This document shows positions 27,606-36,882 of a stretch of 64,000 nt of DNA, piece after piece (position 1 is the first letter of the stretch; every line of letters begins with the position of its first letter). The DNA is taken from NCBI GenBank assembly GCA_031369365.1, contig JANMOP010000014.1, forward strand, positions 4,680 through 68,679, given 5' to 3'. The notes under the pieces were generated by a model that had not been told where the DNA came from, made no database searches, and was given only the letters and a program-made list of their open reading frames with translations. Position numbers and translations under genes: made by a program. Source of the DNA: Methylotenera sp. Lineage in GTDB: Bacteria; Pseudomonadota; Gammaproteobacteria; Burkholderiales; Methylophilaceae.

Positions 27606-30600
27606 ATGCAATCTGCAACAGAAATTAAACTACGCAAATTACTCTCTCAACGCATCCTAATTTTAGATGGCGCGATGGGTACCATGATTCAGCAATATAA
27701 GCTGACTGAGGCGGATTATCGCGGTGAACGATTTAAGGATTTTGCCTCACCCGCAGGCCAGCGCGAGTTATTTGTAAAAGGCAATAACGAGCTGTTAAGT
27801 TTGACTGCGCCGCACATCATTCAAGAAATACACGAGCAATATCTGGCCGCTGGCGCGGATATCATCGAAACTAATACTTTTGGTGCCACATCCGTGGCGC
27901 AAGACGATTACCACATGGCGCATTTGGTGTATGAGATGAATGTGGCTTCTGCCAAATTAGCAAAGGCTGCTTGCGATAAATATAGCACGCCCGATAAACC
28001 ACGCTTTGTAGCTGGCGCGCTTGGGCCAACGCCCAAAACCGCCAGCATTTCACCCGACGTGAATGATCCCGCCGCTCGTAACGTCAATTTTGACCAGTTA
28101 GTAAACGCTTACTTAGCGCAAACGCGCGCATTGGTAGAAGGTGGCGCGGATATTTTAATGGTGGAAACTATCTTTGATACGCTCAACTGCAAAGCCGCTT
28201 TGTTTGCGATTGATACGTTTTTTGAAGAGGTGGGTTACACATTGCCGCTGATGATTTCTGGCACGGTGACCGATGCTTCTGGTCGCATATTATCAGGTCA
28301 AACCGTGACCGCGTTTTGGAACTCAGTTCGCCACGCCAAACCGCTGACGATTGGCTTAAATTGTGCCTTAGGCGCCACTTTAATGCGGCCTTATGCCGAA
28401 GAATTAAGCAAAATCGCCGATACATTCGTGTGCATTTACCCCAATGCTGGCTTACCGAATCCAATGAGCGATACGGGTTTTGATGAAACGCCTGACGTGA
28501 CTTCTAGCTTAGTGAAAGAGTTTGCCAATAGCGGCTTTATCAATATCGCGGGCGGTTGCTGCGGGACTACGCCAGCACACATTAACGCGATTTATGAACA
28601 AGTTAAAAATATCGCCCCAAGAAAGGTGCTCCAGCAGCCAATAGCCATGCGGCTTGCAGGGCTAGAGCCTTTTATCATTAATGAAGAATCACTATTCGTC
28701 AACGTAGGCGAGCGCACCAATGTGACAGGCAGCAAAGCCTTTGCGCGGCTGATTATTAATGAGCAATACGACGAAGCGTTAAGTGTAGCGCGGCAGCAGG
28801 TAGAAAACGGCGCACAAGTCATCGACATTAATATGGATGAAGGCATGCTGGACGCCGTAAAAGCCATGACACATTTCCTGAATTTAATCGCCAGTGAGCC
28901 TGACATTGCCCGTGTGCCAATTATGATTGATTCCAGCAAATGGTCTGTCATTGAGGCTGGGCTTAAATGCGTGCAAGGCAAAGCCATTGTCAATTCTATC
29001 TCGATGAAAGAAGGCGAAGCCGAATTTTTGCGCCAAGCCAAGTTGTGTCGCCGTTACGGCGCAGCGGTGATTGTGATGGCATTTGACGAAAAAGGTCAAG
29101 CGGATACCTTTGCGCGTAAAACGGAAATCTGTGAAAGGGCGTATCGCTTGTTGGCGGGAGATCCAGAGTATCACCGTAGTCAACTATTGCAAGAAAACAG
29201 GCTAGAAAATGCACAAACACTGGCGTTTTTAAGTCCCTCGCCCGCGAGCGGGAGAGGGGTGGGGGAGAGGGGCGAAATATCCATCACCGCCCCTCTCCCT
29301 AGTCCTCTCCCGCCTGCGGGCGAGGGGACACACCCGCCCTCCCACTTGATGGGGTTGGGCATGCTCGAACTTAATACTCCCTCCCCCTTGATGGCGGAGG
29401 GTTGGGGAGAGGGTGAAAACAAGCGAGAGGATGAAATGTATGACAAGGGCATAGGCTTTCCGCCAGAAGACATCATCTTCGACCCTAACATTTTTGCCAT
29501 TGCCACCGGCATTGAAGAACACAACAACTACGCGGTGGATTTTATCGAGGCCACACGCTGGATTAAGCAAAATCTGCCACATGCCAAAATTTCGGGCGGC
29601 GTCTCGAATGTAAGCTTTAGCTTTCGCGGTAACGATCCCGCGCGCGAGGCCATTCACACGGTTTTCCTCTACCACGCCATTAAAGCAGGTATGACCATGG
29701 GTATTGTGAATGCGGGCATGATGGGCATTTATGATGATCTCGCACCAGAGTTAAAAGAGCGGGTGGAAGATGTAGTGCTAAATCGCAGGGATGACGCCAC
29801 CGAGCGCATGATTGAAATTGCTGGCACGCTAGTGGCAGGTGGTAAAAAAGTGGCTGCAACGCTAGAGTGGCGCGGCTCTGTGGATGATCCTGTGAGCGTG
29901 CAAAAACGCTTAGAACACGCCATGGTGCATGGCATTACCGACTTTATAGTGGAAGACATCGAAGAAGCGCGTGCGGCGGTTGAAGCATCTGGCGGCAGAC
30001 CAATTCACGTCATCGAAGGCCCACTGATGGACGGCATGAACGTGGTAGGTGATTTGTTTGGCCAAGGCAAAATGTTTTTGCCGCAAGTGGTGAAATCTGC
30101 TCGCGTGATGAAAACTGCCGTGGCACATTTAATCCCGTTTATTGAGGCCGAAAAAGTCTTAGAGCAAGAGCGCACAGGCGTGGTAGCCAAACCAAAAGGC
30201 AAAATCGTCATCGCCACTGTTAAGGGTGATGTGCATGACATCGGAAAAAATATTGTGAGTGTAGTATTGCAATGCAATAACTTTGAAGTAGTCAACATGG
30301 GCGTGATGGTACCAGCGGCGGAGATTTTAGCCATGGCAAACGCCGAAAACGCCGATATTATTGGCTTGGGCGGCCTGATTACGCCAAGCTTAGAAGAAAT
30401 GACGCACATTGCCAAAGAAATGCAGCGCGACCCCTATTTTGCTAATGCAAAAACGCCGCTGCTTATTGGCGGTGCCACATGCTCGCGCGCGCACACAGCG
30501 GTAAAAATCGCCCCGCATTACGATGGCCCCATTGTCTATGTGCCAGATGCCTCGCGCAGTGTAAGCGTGATGCAAAATCTACTCACACCCGAAACGCGCG

Positions 30601-31658
30601 GCGCGTATTTGGCCGAGATTCAAGCGGATTACCAAAAAGCGCGCGAGCAACATGCCAACAAAAAAGGCGTGCCAATACTCACTATTGCCGATGCGCGCGC
30701 AAACAAATCTAAATTAAGTTTTGCAGGTGAATTTGCACCCGTAAAGCCCAAGTTTATTGGTCGCCGCGTGTTTAAAAATATCGATTTAAGCTTAATCGCG
30801 CAATACATTGATTGGGCGCCATTCTTCCAAACGTGGGATTTAGCAGGCTTTTATCCCGCTATTTTGACTGATGAAGTAGTGGGCGAAGCCGCGACAAAAG
30901 TATTCGCCGAAGCGCAAAGTATGCTAAAAAAAATCATTGATGGCCGCTGGCTAACGGCTAACGGCGTCATCGCGCTAATGCCCGCCAATAGTGTGAATGA
31001 CGACGATATTGAAATTTATACTAACGAAAATAGAGATGAAGTTGCCTTCACCTATTACGGTATGCGCCAACAAAGCGTAAAGCCAGTGATAGAAGGCGTG
31101 GCGCGGCCAAACCAATGTTTAAGTGATTTTATTGCGCCTAAAAATAATGCAGATGATTACATCGGCTTATTTGCCGTAACCGCAGGTTTAAGTACTGAAA
31201 AAATCGAAAAACGCTTTATAGACGCGCAAGATGACTACAGTGGCATTATGTTCAAAAGCCTTGCAGATAGGCTTGCTGAAGCGTTTGCAGAATACATGCA
31301 CGAACGCATCCGCACCGATTTATGGGGTTATGCGAGCGACGAAAAGTTGCCTATAGACGCGTTAATCAAAGAAGAATATGCAGGCATTCGCCCTGCGCCT
31401 GGCTATCCTGCTTGCCCAGACCATACGGTAAAAGCCGATATGTTCAAGCTGCTGCAATGCGATGAAATTGATATGCAGCTCACCGATAGCTTCGCCATGA
31501 TGCCTGCGGCGGCAGTATCAGGTTTTTACTTTGCACATAAAGACGCTAAATACTTTAGTGTGGATAAAATTGGCACAGACCAACTAGAAGACATGGCAAA
31601 ACGCAGAAACTTGCCTAAAAGCTATTTAGAGCGCTGGTTAGCGCCGAATTTGGGATAA
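27606..31658 (+). CDS. metH: Cobalamin-dependent methionine synthase carrying a ~96-aa in-frame repeat-derived insertion
   Basis: Hcy domain (DGAMGT, GLNC, GGCCG), pterin domain (GERTNV, DSSK, IIFDPN), B12 domain (GDVHDIGKN) and AdoMet domain ([12 protein letters not shown]). One continuous 1350-aa ORF. Confidence 0.97.
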   Translation: MQSATEIKLRKLLSQRILILDGAMGTMIQQYKLTEADYRGERFKDFASPAGQRELFVKGNNELLSLTAPHIIQEIHEQYLAAGADIIETNTFGATSVAQDDYHMAHLVYEMNVASAKLAKAACDKYSTPDKPRFVAGALGPTPKTASISPDVNDPAARNVNFDQLVNAYLAQTRALVEGGADILMVETIFDTLNCKAALFAIDTFFEEVGYTLPLMISGTVTDASGRILSGQTVTAFWNSVRHAKPLTIGLNCALGATLMRPYAEELSKIADTFVCIYPNAGLPNPMSDTGFDETPDVTSSLVKEFANSGFINIAGGCCGTTPAHINAIYEQVKNIAPRKVLQQPIAMRLAGLEPFIINEESLFVNVGERTNVTGSKAFARLIINEQYDEALSVARQQVENGAQVIDINMDEGMLDAVKAMTHFLNLIASEPDIARVPIMIDSSKWSVIEAGLKCVQGKAIVNSISMKEGEAEFLRQAKLCRRYGAAVIVMAFDEKGQADTFARKTEICERAYRLLAGDPEYHRSQLLQENRLENAQTLAFLSPSPASGRGVGERGEISITAPLPSPLPPAGEGTHPPSHLMGLGMLELNTPSPLMAEGWGEGENKREDEMYDKGIGFPPEDIIFDPNIFAIATGIEEHNNYAVDFIEATRWIKQNLPHAKISGGVSNVSFSFRGNDPAREAIHTVFLYHAIKAGMTMGIVNAGMMGIYDDLAPELKERVEDVVLNRRDDATERMIEIAGTLVAGGKKVAATLEWRGSVDDPVSVQKRLEHAMVHGITDFIVEDIEEARAAVEASGGRPIHVIEGPLMDGMNVVGDLFGQGKMFLPQVVKSARVMKTAVAHLIPFIEAEKVLEQERTGVVAKPKGKIVIATVKGDVHDIGKNIVSVVLQCNNFEVVNMGVMVPAAEILAMANAENADIIGLGGLITPSLEEMTHIAKEMQRDPYFANAKTPLLIGGATCSRAHTAVKIAPHYDGPIVYVPDASRSVSVMQNLLTPETRGAYLAEIQADYQKAREQHANKKGVPILTIADARANKSKLSFAGEFAPVKPKFIGRRVFKNIDLSLIAQYIDWAPFFQTWDLAGFYPAILTDEVVGEAATKVFAEAQSMLKKIIDGRWLTANGVIALMPANSVNDDDIEIYTNENRDEVAFTYYGMRQQSVKPVIEGVARPNQCLSDFIAPKNNADDYIGLFAVTAGLSTEKIEKRFIDAQDDYSGIMFKSLADRLAEAFAEYMHERIRTDLWGYASDEKLPIDALIKEEYAGIRPAPGYPACPDHTVKADMFKLLQCDEIDMQLTDSFAMMPAAAVSGFYFAHKDAKYFSVDKIGTDQLEDMAKRRNLPKSYLERWLAPNLG
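29235..29415 (+). repeat. Intragenic palindromic repeat cluster in metH: 94-bp hairpin doublet plus two related units
   Basis: Arms at 29235-29273 and 29289-29328 are near-perfect inverted repeats. There is a partial unit near 29333-29360 and a full unit at 29377-29415. Confidence 0.9.
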
Positions 31659-31661
31659 ATT

Positions 31662-32303
31662 ATGCTGAAAAATGGCTATCAAATTGTTTATGTTTTAACA
31701 AACCCTGCAATGCCAGGGCTGGTAAAAATTGGCAAAACAACAAATTTAGAAATTGAAGTAAGAATGCGTCAGCTATATGGAACGGGTGTTCCAGTCCCAT
31801 TTGATTGCGCTTTTGCTTGCCAAGTAAAAAACGCGCATGAAGTTGAAAGAGCTCTACATTATGCTTTTGGAAATATAAGAATCAACCCGAATAGAGAGTT
31901 TTTTAAAATTGAAGCAGAAAGAGTTATTTCAGTTTTAAAGCTGCTCAAAGTTGACGACATAACTGCTGAATTTGAAGATAAAATTGAGGCAGGTACAGAA
32001 GAGGTAGATAAGCAATCTGCACAAATATTTAAAGAAACAATAAGACCTAGAATGAATTTTCATGAGCTTGCCATCCCAAACGAATCTATATTAGTTTCTA
32101 GAGATGGAAGGTTGCGAGTTAAAGTTATTGAAGCAAAAAAAGTTGATTTAAACGGCGAAAAAATGTCTTTAACTATGGCCACGCGCCGTTTACTGGGTTT
32201 GCCAGACAATCAGCCAATTCAGCCTTCGCCCTATTGGTCGTTTAATGGCAGATCAGTTATAGATATTTACGAAGACTATCACTCCGTTGCTGAAGAAGAA
32301 TAA
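31662..32303 (+). CDS. T5orf172/MUG113-type GIY-YIG nuclease with a probable RAMA-like C-terminal domain
   Basis: IVYVLTNPAMPGLVKIGKT, RMRQL..TGVP.PF and VERALH..F...RINPNREFF match T5orf172. The C-terminus VDLNGEKMSL..A.....PSPYWSFNGRS is RAMA-like by eye. The gene is AT-rich. Confidence 0.8.
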   Translation: MLKNGYQIVYVLTNPAMPGLVKIGKTTNLEIEVRMRQLYGTGVPVPFDCAFACQVKNAHEVERALHYAFGNIRINPNREFFKIEAERVISVLKLLKVDDITAEFEDKIEAGTEEVDKQSAQIFKETIRPRMNFHELAIPNESILVSRDGRLRVKVIEAKKVDLNGEKMSLTMATRRLLGLPDNQPIQPSPYWSFNGRSVIDIYEDYHSVAEEE

Positions 32304-32305
32304 CT

Positions 32306-33829
32306 ATGCACATTCACATTTTAGGTATTTGCGGTACATTCATGGGCGGTATTGCGGTGCTAGCTAAGCAGGCAGGGCATCGCGTCACGGGGTGCGATGC
32401 GAATGTTTACCCGCCAATGAGTACGCAATTAGAATCTCAAGGCATTGAGTTGATTGAGGGTTTTTCACCCGAGCAAACCAAGTTAAACCCAGATATTTAT
32501 GTGATTGGTAATGTGGTTTCGCGCGGTAATCCGTTGATGGAAGAAATTTTGAACCTTGGTTTGCCCTACATTTCTGGCCCGCAATGGTTGGCAGAGAATG
32601 TGTTGCAAGGTAAGTGGGTGTTGGCTGTAGCGGGCACGCACGGCAAAACTACAACGTCTTCAATGCTCGCATGGATACTGGAATATGCGGGTTTGGCACC
32701 TGGCTTTTTGATTGGTGGGGTGCCTGAGAATTTTGGCGTTTCGGCAAGGCTGCCGCAAGTGCCGCCTGCGCAAACGCTCAAGCTAGCAAGCCCCTCGCCC
32801 GCAAGCGGGAGAGGGGTTGGGGTGAGGAGCGGCTCGACTATGGGCATTGCCCCTCACCCTAGCCCTCTCCCGCCTGCGGGCGAGGGGATAAAAAACAAAG
32901 GTGATTTTTCACCCTTTTTTGTCATCGAAGCAGACGAATACGACACCGCTTTTTTTGATAAGCGCTCAAAATTTGTGCATTACCGCCCGCGTACGGCTAT
33001 TTTGAACAATTTAGAGTTTGATCACGCGGATATTTTTGATGACCTAAATGCGATTGAAAAGCAGTTTCATCATTTGATTCGCACTGTGCCGCAAAACGGT
33101 TTGGTGGTGATTAATGGCAAAGAAGATAGCCTAAAACGTGTTTTAGATAAAGGCTGCTGGAGCACGGTGGAGCATTTTGGCACGGATGCGGATTGGCAGG
33201 CAAAAAATGCACTAGGCGATGGTAGTTTCGACGTATATTTTAAGAATGAGCGCCAAGCGCATTTAAGCTGGCAGATGTTGGGCGAACACAACAGAATGAA
33301 TGCGCTGGCAGCAATTGCCGCGGCGCGCCATGTGGGCGTGGCGCCGTGTATTGCCATTGAAGCGCTTAGCGAATTTAAAAACGTAAAACGCCGTATGGAA
33401 ACCAAAGGCGTGGTGAATAATATTACAGTTTACGATGATTTCGCGCATCATCCAACCGCTATCGAGACTACATTAGCAGGCCTGCGAAGCAAGCTGGACG
33501 CGGTTTCTGGCGATGCCAAAAAAGGTGCTAGAATAATAGCGGTGCTAGAGCCGCGCAGCAACACCATGAAGCTGGGTGTGATGAAAGACGCGCTGCCTGC
33601 CAGTTTAAAACATGCAGATTTGGTGTTTTGTTATGGCGCAAATTTAGGTTGGGATGCAACAGAGGCATTAAAACCGATTGCAAATAAAGCCAAAACATTC
33701 GATGATTTAACTATGCTAGTAAACGCAATAAGCGCAGCAGCTAAATCGGGTGACCATATTCTAGTGATGAGTAATGGTGGTTTTGGTGGCGTGCATCAAA
33801 AAATTATTGATTCATTAGCGGAAAAATAA
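32306..33829 (+). CDS. mpl: Murein peptide ligase Mpl carrying an in-frame hairpin insertion
   Basis: MHIHILGICGTFMGG, AGTHGKTTT, FVIEADEYDTAFFDKRSKF, DDFAHHPTAI and EPRSNTM motifs. Confidence 0.97.
   Translation: MHIHILGICGTFMGGIAVLAKQAGHRVTGCDANVYPPMSTQLESQGIELIEGFSPEQTKLNPDIYVIGNVVSRGNPLMEEILNLGLPYISGPQWLAENVLQGKWVLAVAGTHGKTTTSSMLAWILEYAGLAPGFLIGGVPENFGVSARLPQVPPAQTLKLASPSPASGRGVGVRSGSTMGIAPHPSPLPPAGEGIKNKGDFSPFFVIEADEYDTAFFDKRSKFVHYRPRTAILNNLEFDHADIFDDLNAIEKQFHHLIRTVPQNGLVVINGKEDSLKRVLDKGCWSTVEHFGTDADWQAKNALGDGSFDVYFKNERQAHLSWQMLGEHNRMNALAAIAAARHVGVAPCIAIEALSEFKNVKRRMETKGVVNNITVYDDFAHHPTAIETTLAGLRSKLDAVSGDAKKGARIIAVLEPRSNTMKLGVMKDALPASLKHADLVFCYGANLGWDATEALKPIANKAKTFDDLTMLVNAISAAAKSGDHILVMSNGGFGGVHQKIIDSLAEK
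32792..32888 (+). repeat. Intragenic 97-bp hairpin doublet in mpl
   Basis: Left arm is 33/36 and right arm 38/40 identical to the metH copy; loop is 18 nt versus 15 nt. Confidence 0.92.
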
Positions 33830-33832
33830 ACA

Positions 33833-34837
33833 TTGGCCGCTGTTATTAAACAAACCGAAGTGGCAGCGGTAGCATTAGCCAACATAGTGAGCAAGCTTAA
33901 AACATTAAGTGCGTTTGCGGTAGCAATATGGGTTTCTATCGCGATTCATGCAGCAATCTTAACTATTCATTTTCAGCCCGAGCTCAAAAAGCTCAAAGAC
34001 AGCTTACCTTCGCTAGAGGTAGTTTTAGTCAATGCTAAAACTAAAAGTGCGCCCGATAAAGCTGAATTATTAGCCCAAGCCAATTTAGATCGCGGTGGCA
34101 ATACCGAGGCTAATCGCAAGATGAAAACCGCGCTGCCTGCGCCCAAAGAGAAAACTACCGAAGTTAAATTGCAGCCAAATTCTGAAGCGCGTAGTGCAGC
34201 TAAATCGGCCAAAATGAAAGCACTTGAGGCGCGTGAACAAAAGCGTGTGGATGAGCTGGAAAAACAAGCGCAAGAGCTGCTAACACAAATTAAATCGACA
34301 AAAAAAATAGAATCGAATCCTACCCAAAATGTAGCTTCGGCCGAACCTGAGCTGGGCGAACAAAAAACCGAAGCAAAATCGTTAGATCGTGCAGAATTAA
34401 TTGCGGCCAGCCTAGAAATGGATAGGCTACAAGCACAAATTGATAAGCAACAAGACGAATACCAGAAACGTCCTAAAAAGAAATATATTGGGGCACGCAC
34501 TAAAGAGTACCGATTCGCTTTATATGTGGAATCGTGGCGGCAAAAAGTGGAGCGTATTGGCAATATGAATTACCCCGAGGCGGCAAAAACACAAAAGTTG
34601 TATGGGCAATTACGCATGACGGTTGCTATAAAAGCCGATGGTAGCTTAGAAAGCGTGGTGATTGACCAGCCATCAAATCACAAAGTGTTAGACGAAGCGG
34701 CCAAGCGCATTGTAGAGCTGGCAGCGCCGTATGCGATTTTCCCTGAGGATATTAGGCGCGATACCGATATCTTATACATTACACGCACCTGGACATTTAC
34801 GCAGGAAGATTTACTAGCGACTAAAGGTTCAGATTAA
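33833..34837 (+). CDS. TonB/TolA-family energy transducer
   Basis: N-terminal TM (SIAIHAAIL), LEVVLVN, a coiled coil, and a TonB-C-like tail (YVESWRQKVERIG..NYP; ITRTW.F). TTG start is uncertain. Confidence 0.8.
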   Translation: MAAVIKQTEVAAVALANIVSKLKTLSAFAVAIWVSIAIHAAILTIHFQPELKKLKDSLPSLEVVLVNAKTKSAPDKAELLAQANLDRGGNTEANRKMKTALPAPKEKTTEVKLQPNSEARSAAKSAKMKALEAREQKRVDELEKQAQELLTQIKSTKKIESNPTQNVASAEPELGEQKTEAKSLDRAELIAASLEMDRLQAQIDKQQDEYQKRPKKKYIGARTKEYRFALYVESWRQKVERIGNMNYPEAAKTQKLYGQLRMTVAIKADGSLESVVIDQPSNHKVLDEAAKRIVELAAPYAIFPEDIRRDTDILYITRTWTFTQEDLLATKGSD

Positions 34838-35148
34838 TGACTGATTACTATCAGCACCACGTATTTTTCTGCTTAAATCAACGCGAGCATGGCGAAGCAT
34901 GTTGCATGAATAAAGGCGCCGAAGCGGCGTTTGACCACATGAAAGCGCGCGTGAAAAAACTAGGCTTAAACGGCGAAGGTAAAGTGCGTATTAACCGTTC
35001 TGGCTGTTTGGATAGATGCGGGCTTGGGCCATTAATGGTGATTTATCCGCAAGCCGTTTGGTACACATTTGTTGATAATGACGATATTGATGAAATTATC
35101 GAAAGCCATCTGGTGAATGACAAAGTAGTAGAGCGTTTGGTTGTGTAG
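34837..35148 (+). CDS. Thioredoxin-like [2Fe-2S] ferredoxin
   Basis: HVFFCLN...C, RSGCLDRC..GP..VIYP..VWY motifs. Confidence 0.92.
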   Translation: MTDYYQHHVFFCLNQREHGEACCMNKGAEAAFDHMKARVKKLGLNGEGKVRINRSGCLDRCGLGPLMVIYPQAVWYTFVDNDDIDEIIESHLVNDKVVERLVV

Positions 35149-35205
35149 GAGCGACGACCCCGTCGCGAAATAATATGCAAATCGTGACGGGGTCGTCGCT
35201 CCTAC
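35145..35205. repeat. GTAG-family REP doublet (REPIN) that overlaps the stop codons of both convergent genes
   Basis: GTAGGAGCGACGACCCCGTCGCGA, a 13-nt spacer, then an inverted copy (23/24 identical). TAG 35146-35148 and minus-strand TAG 35204-35202 lie within the GTAG ends. Confidence 0.88.
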
Positions 35206-35639
35206 ATAGCGCAATTAATATGTGCGCTTATTTTTTCTTTTAGTAATTGTTTAGATGCACTGGAAAGGTTGCTGGTATTGCCTTTACGCATCTTATCGCC
35301 CCAATGACTATTGGGAAAATGTTTGTCATCTGCAAAGCGCGGAATGATATGCCAATGCACATGCGGCGTTTTGTTGCCAAGGCTCGCCAGGTTAATTTTA
35401 TCGGGGTGAATCACTTCGCGCATCGCGGTTTCTACAGCAAAAACCACTGTCATCATACGCACGCGATTTTCAGGCGGCAAATCAGTCATTTCTTTGATGT
35501 GCTCTAAGAGTTCAACGCGGCAATAGGCGGGGTAATCCGCGTCGTTTAGTAACACCACGCGGCAAAAATCGTCTTGCCAAAGTATTTCATGTGGGCTGGG
35601 TTGGCCTTGTAAGCTAGCAATGCATAGTGGGCAGGTCAT
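35202..35639 (-). CDS. HIT family protein
   Basis: CPLC, KINLASLGN and histidine triad PHVHWHIIPR. Confidence 0.9.
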   Translation of the reverse strand: MTCPLCIASLQGQPSPHEILWQDDFCRVVLLNDADYPAYCRVELLEHIKEMTDLPPENRVRMMTVVFAVETAMREVIHPDKINLASLGNKTPHVHWHIIPRFADDKHFPNSHWGDKMRKGNTSNLSSASKQLLKEKISAHINCAM

Positions 35640-35668
35640 GTTTAGCTACAAAAGTTAGTTGAATAAGT

Positions 35669-35757
35669 CGTCATTGCGAGCCTATGGTTATAACTTAGGC
35701 GAAGCAATCCATGATGTTGTGAAATGCTGGATTGCTTCGCTTTGCTCGCAATGACAG
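35669..35757. repeat. CGTC-type palindromic repeat doublet
   Basis: CGTCATTGCGAG...CGAAGCAATCC / GGATTGCTTCGC...CTCGCAATGACAG; ends 2 nt from the nadA stop. Confidence 0.8.
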
Positions 35758-35759
35758 TA

Positions 35760-36872
35760 TTAAGAGGCAGCAAGCATGCGCTCTAGCGTGAGTTTCGCCA
35801 ATTTCGCATCGTGCGCTGGCACTTTGATTTGATTGACCACATTACCTTCCGCCAAGTTTTCTAGCGTCCAAGCCAAGTGTTGCGGGTCTATGCGCGCCAT
35901 CGTTGAGCATTCACACACGACGTGGCTCATAAATTGTACTAATTTACCTTGCGGCTTCATTTGCTCGGCCAAGCGATTTACTAAGTTTAACTCGGTGCCG
36001 ACCAGCCATTTTGTATTAGGCGCAGCCTCAGAAACAGTGCGTAAAATGTACTCAGTCGAGCCGACAAAATCAGAATTCAAGCATACTTCAAACGGCGCTT
36101 CTGGGTGCGAAATCACGATGCCATCGGAATGATCAGCGCGGAATTTGGTGATATTTTGCAGTCGGAACATTTGATGTACGGCGCAATGGCCTTTCCACAG
36201 CAAGATTTTGGCGTTTTTAATCTCTTCAACTGTTAGGCCACCTTGCGGTTGGTCTGGGTCCCAAATGGGCATTTGCTCTAACGGAATGCCCATTTTATGT
36301 CCGCTCCAGCGACCCAAATTTTGATCGGGAAAGAACAACACTTTTTCACGTTGCTTAAAGCTCCAATCCAGTATTTTTGGCGCGTTAGTTGAGGTGCAAA
36401 CAATGCCGCCATGCTCGCCACAAAAGGCTTTTAAATCGGCGGCGGAGTTAATATAAGTAACAGGCGTAATTTTTTCATCAAAATTCAGCACTTTATTCAG
36501 CTCACGGTAGCTGCGTTCTACTTTGGCAAGGTTGGCCATATCGGCCATAGAACAGCCAGCAGCAAGGTCTGGCAACACCACAATTTGTTCAGGACGGCTT
36601 AAAATATCCGCCACTTCGGCCATAAAATGCACGCCCAAAAACACAATAAACTCAGCATCTAAATCTTCGCAATAACGTGATAACTTAAGTGAATCACCCG
36701 TGAAATCAGCATGTCGATATACCGCCTCATTTTGATAATGATGGCCTAAAATCACCAAGCGTTTGCCTAATTTACTGCGCGCAGCAATAATGCGACGCTG
36801 ACAATCTGCATCGTCAACAGCTTGAAATTTTTCGAATTTAATCGGTATAGATTTAATGGCTTCTGTTTGCAT
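35760..36872 (-). CDS. nadA: Quinolinate synthase A
   Basis: GHHYQ, GVHFMAE, AGCSMADM, YINSAA, CTSTNA, C.VH, HPE and C.CSTM motifs. Confidence 0.96.
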   Translation of the reverse strand: MQTEAIKSIPIKFEKFQAVDDADCQRRIIAARSKLGKRLVILGHHYQNEAVYRHADFTGDSLKLSRYCEDLDAEFIVFLGVHFMAEVADILSRPEQIVVLPDLAAGCSMADMANLAKVERSYRELNKVLNFDEKITPVTYINSAADLKAFCGEHGGIVCTSTNAPKILDWSFKQREKVLFFPDQNLGRWSGHKMGIPLEQMPIWDPDQPQGGLTVEEIKNAKILLWKGHCAVHQMFRLQNITKFRADHSDGIVISHPEAPFEVCLNSDFVGSTEYILRTVSEAAPNTKWLVGTELNLVNRLAEQMKPQGKLVQFMSHVVCECSTMARIDPQHLAWTLENLAEGNVVNQIKVPAHDAKLAKLTLERMLAAS

Positions 36873-36882
36873 AACAAGTATT

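Noticed and set aside
29154-29450. metH insert as an intein
   Set aside because: No Cys/Ser at the N-junction, no C-terminal His-Asn followed by Cys/Ser/Thr, and no Hint or LAGLIDADG motifs; the insert is built from DNA palindromes.
29154-29450. metH insert as a group I/II intron or assembly chimera with mpl
   Set aside because: The frame is open throughout with no intron consensus ends. The metH and mpl copies have different loops and a compensatory change, which a copy error would not produce.
29180-29675. Minus-strand ORFs 29180-29527 and 29229-29675 (also 32566-32847)
   Set aside because: These are stop-poor shadows of the GC-rich palindromes, antisense to metH/mpl, and lack an RBS.
33973-34563. 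196-aa antisense ORF inside the TonB gene, and similar shadow ORFs in metH, gnd, mrdA and mreB
   Set aside because: Opposite strand of well-supported genes with a composition mirroring the sense codons; no family motifs.
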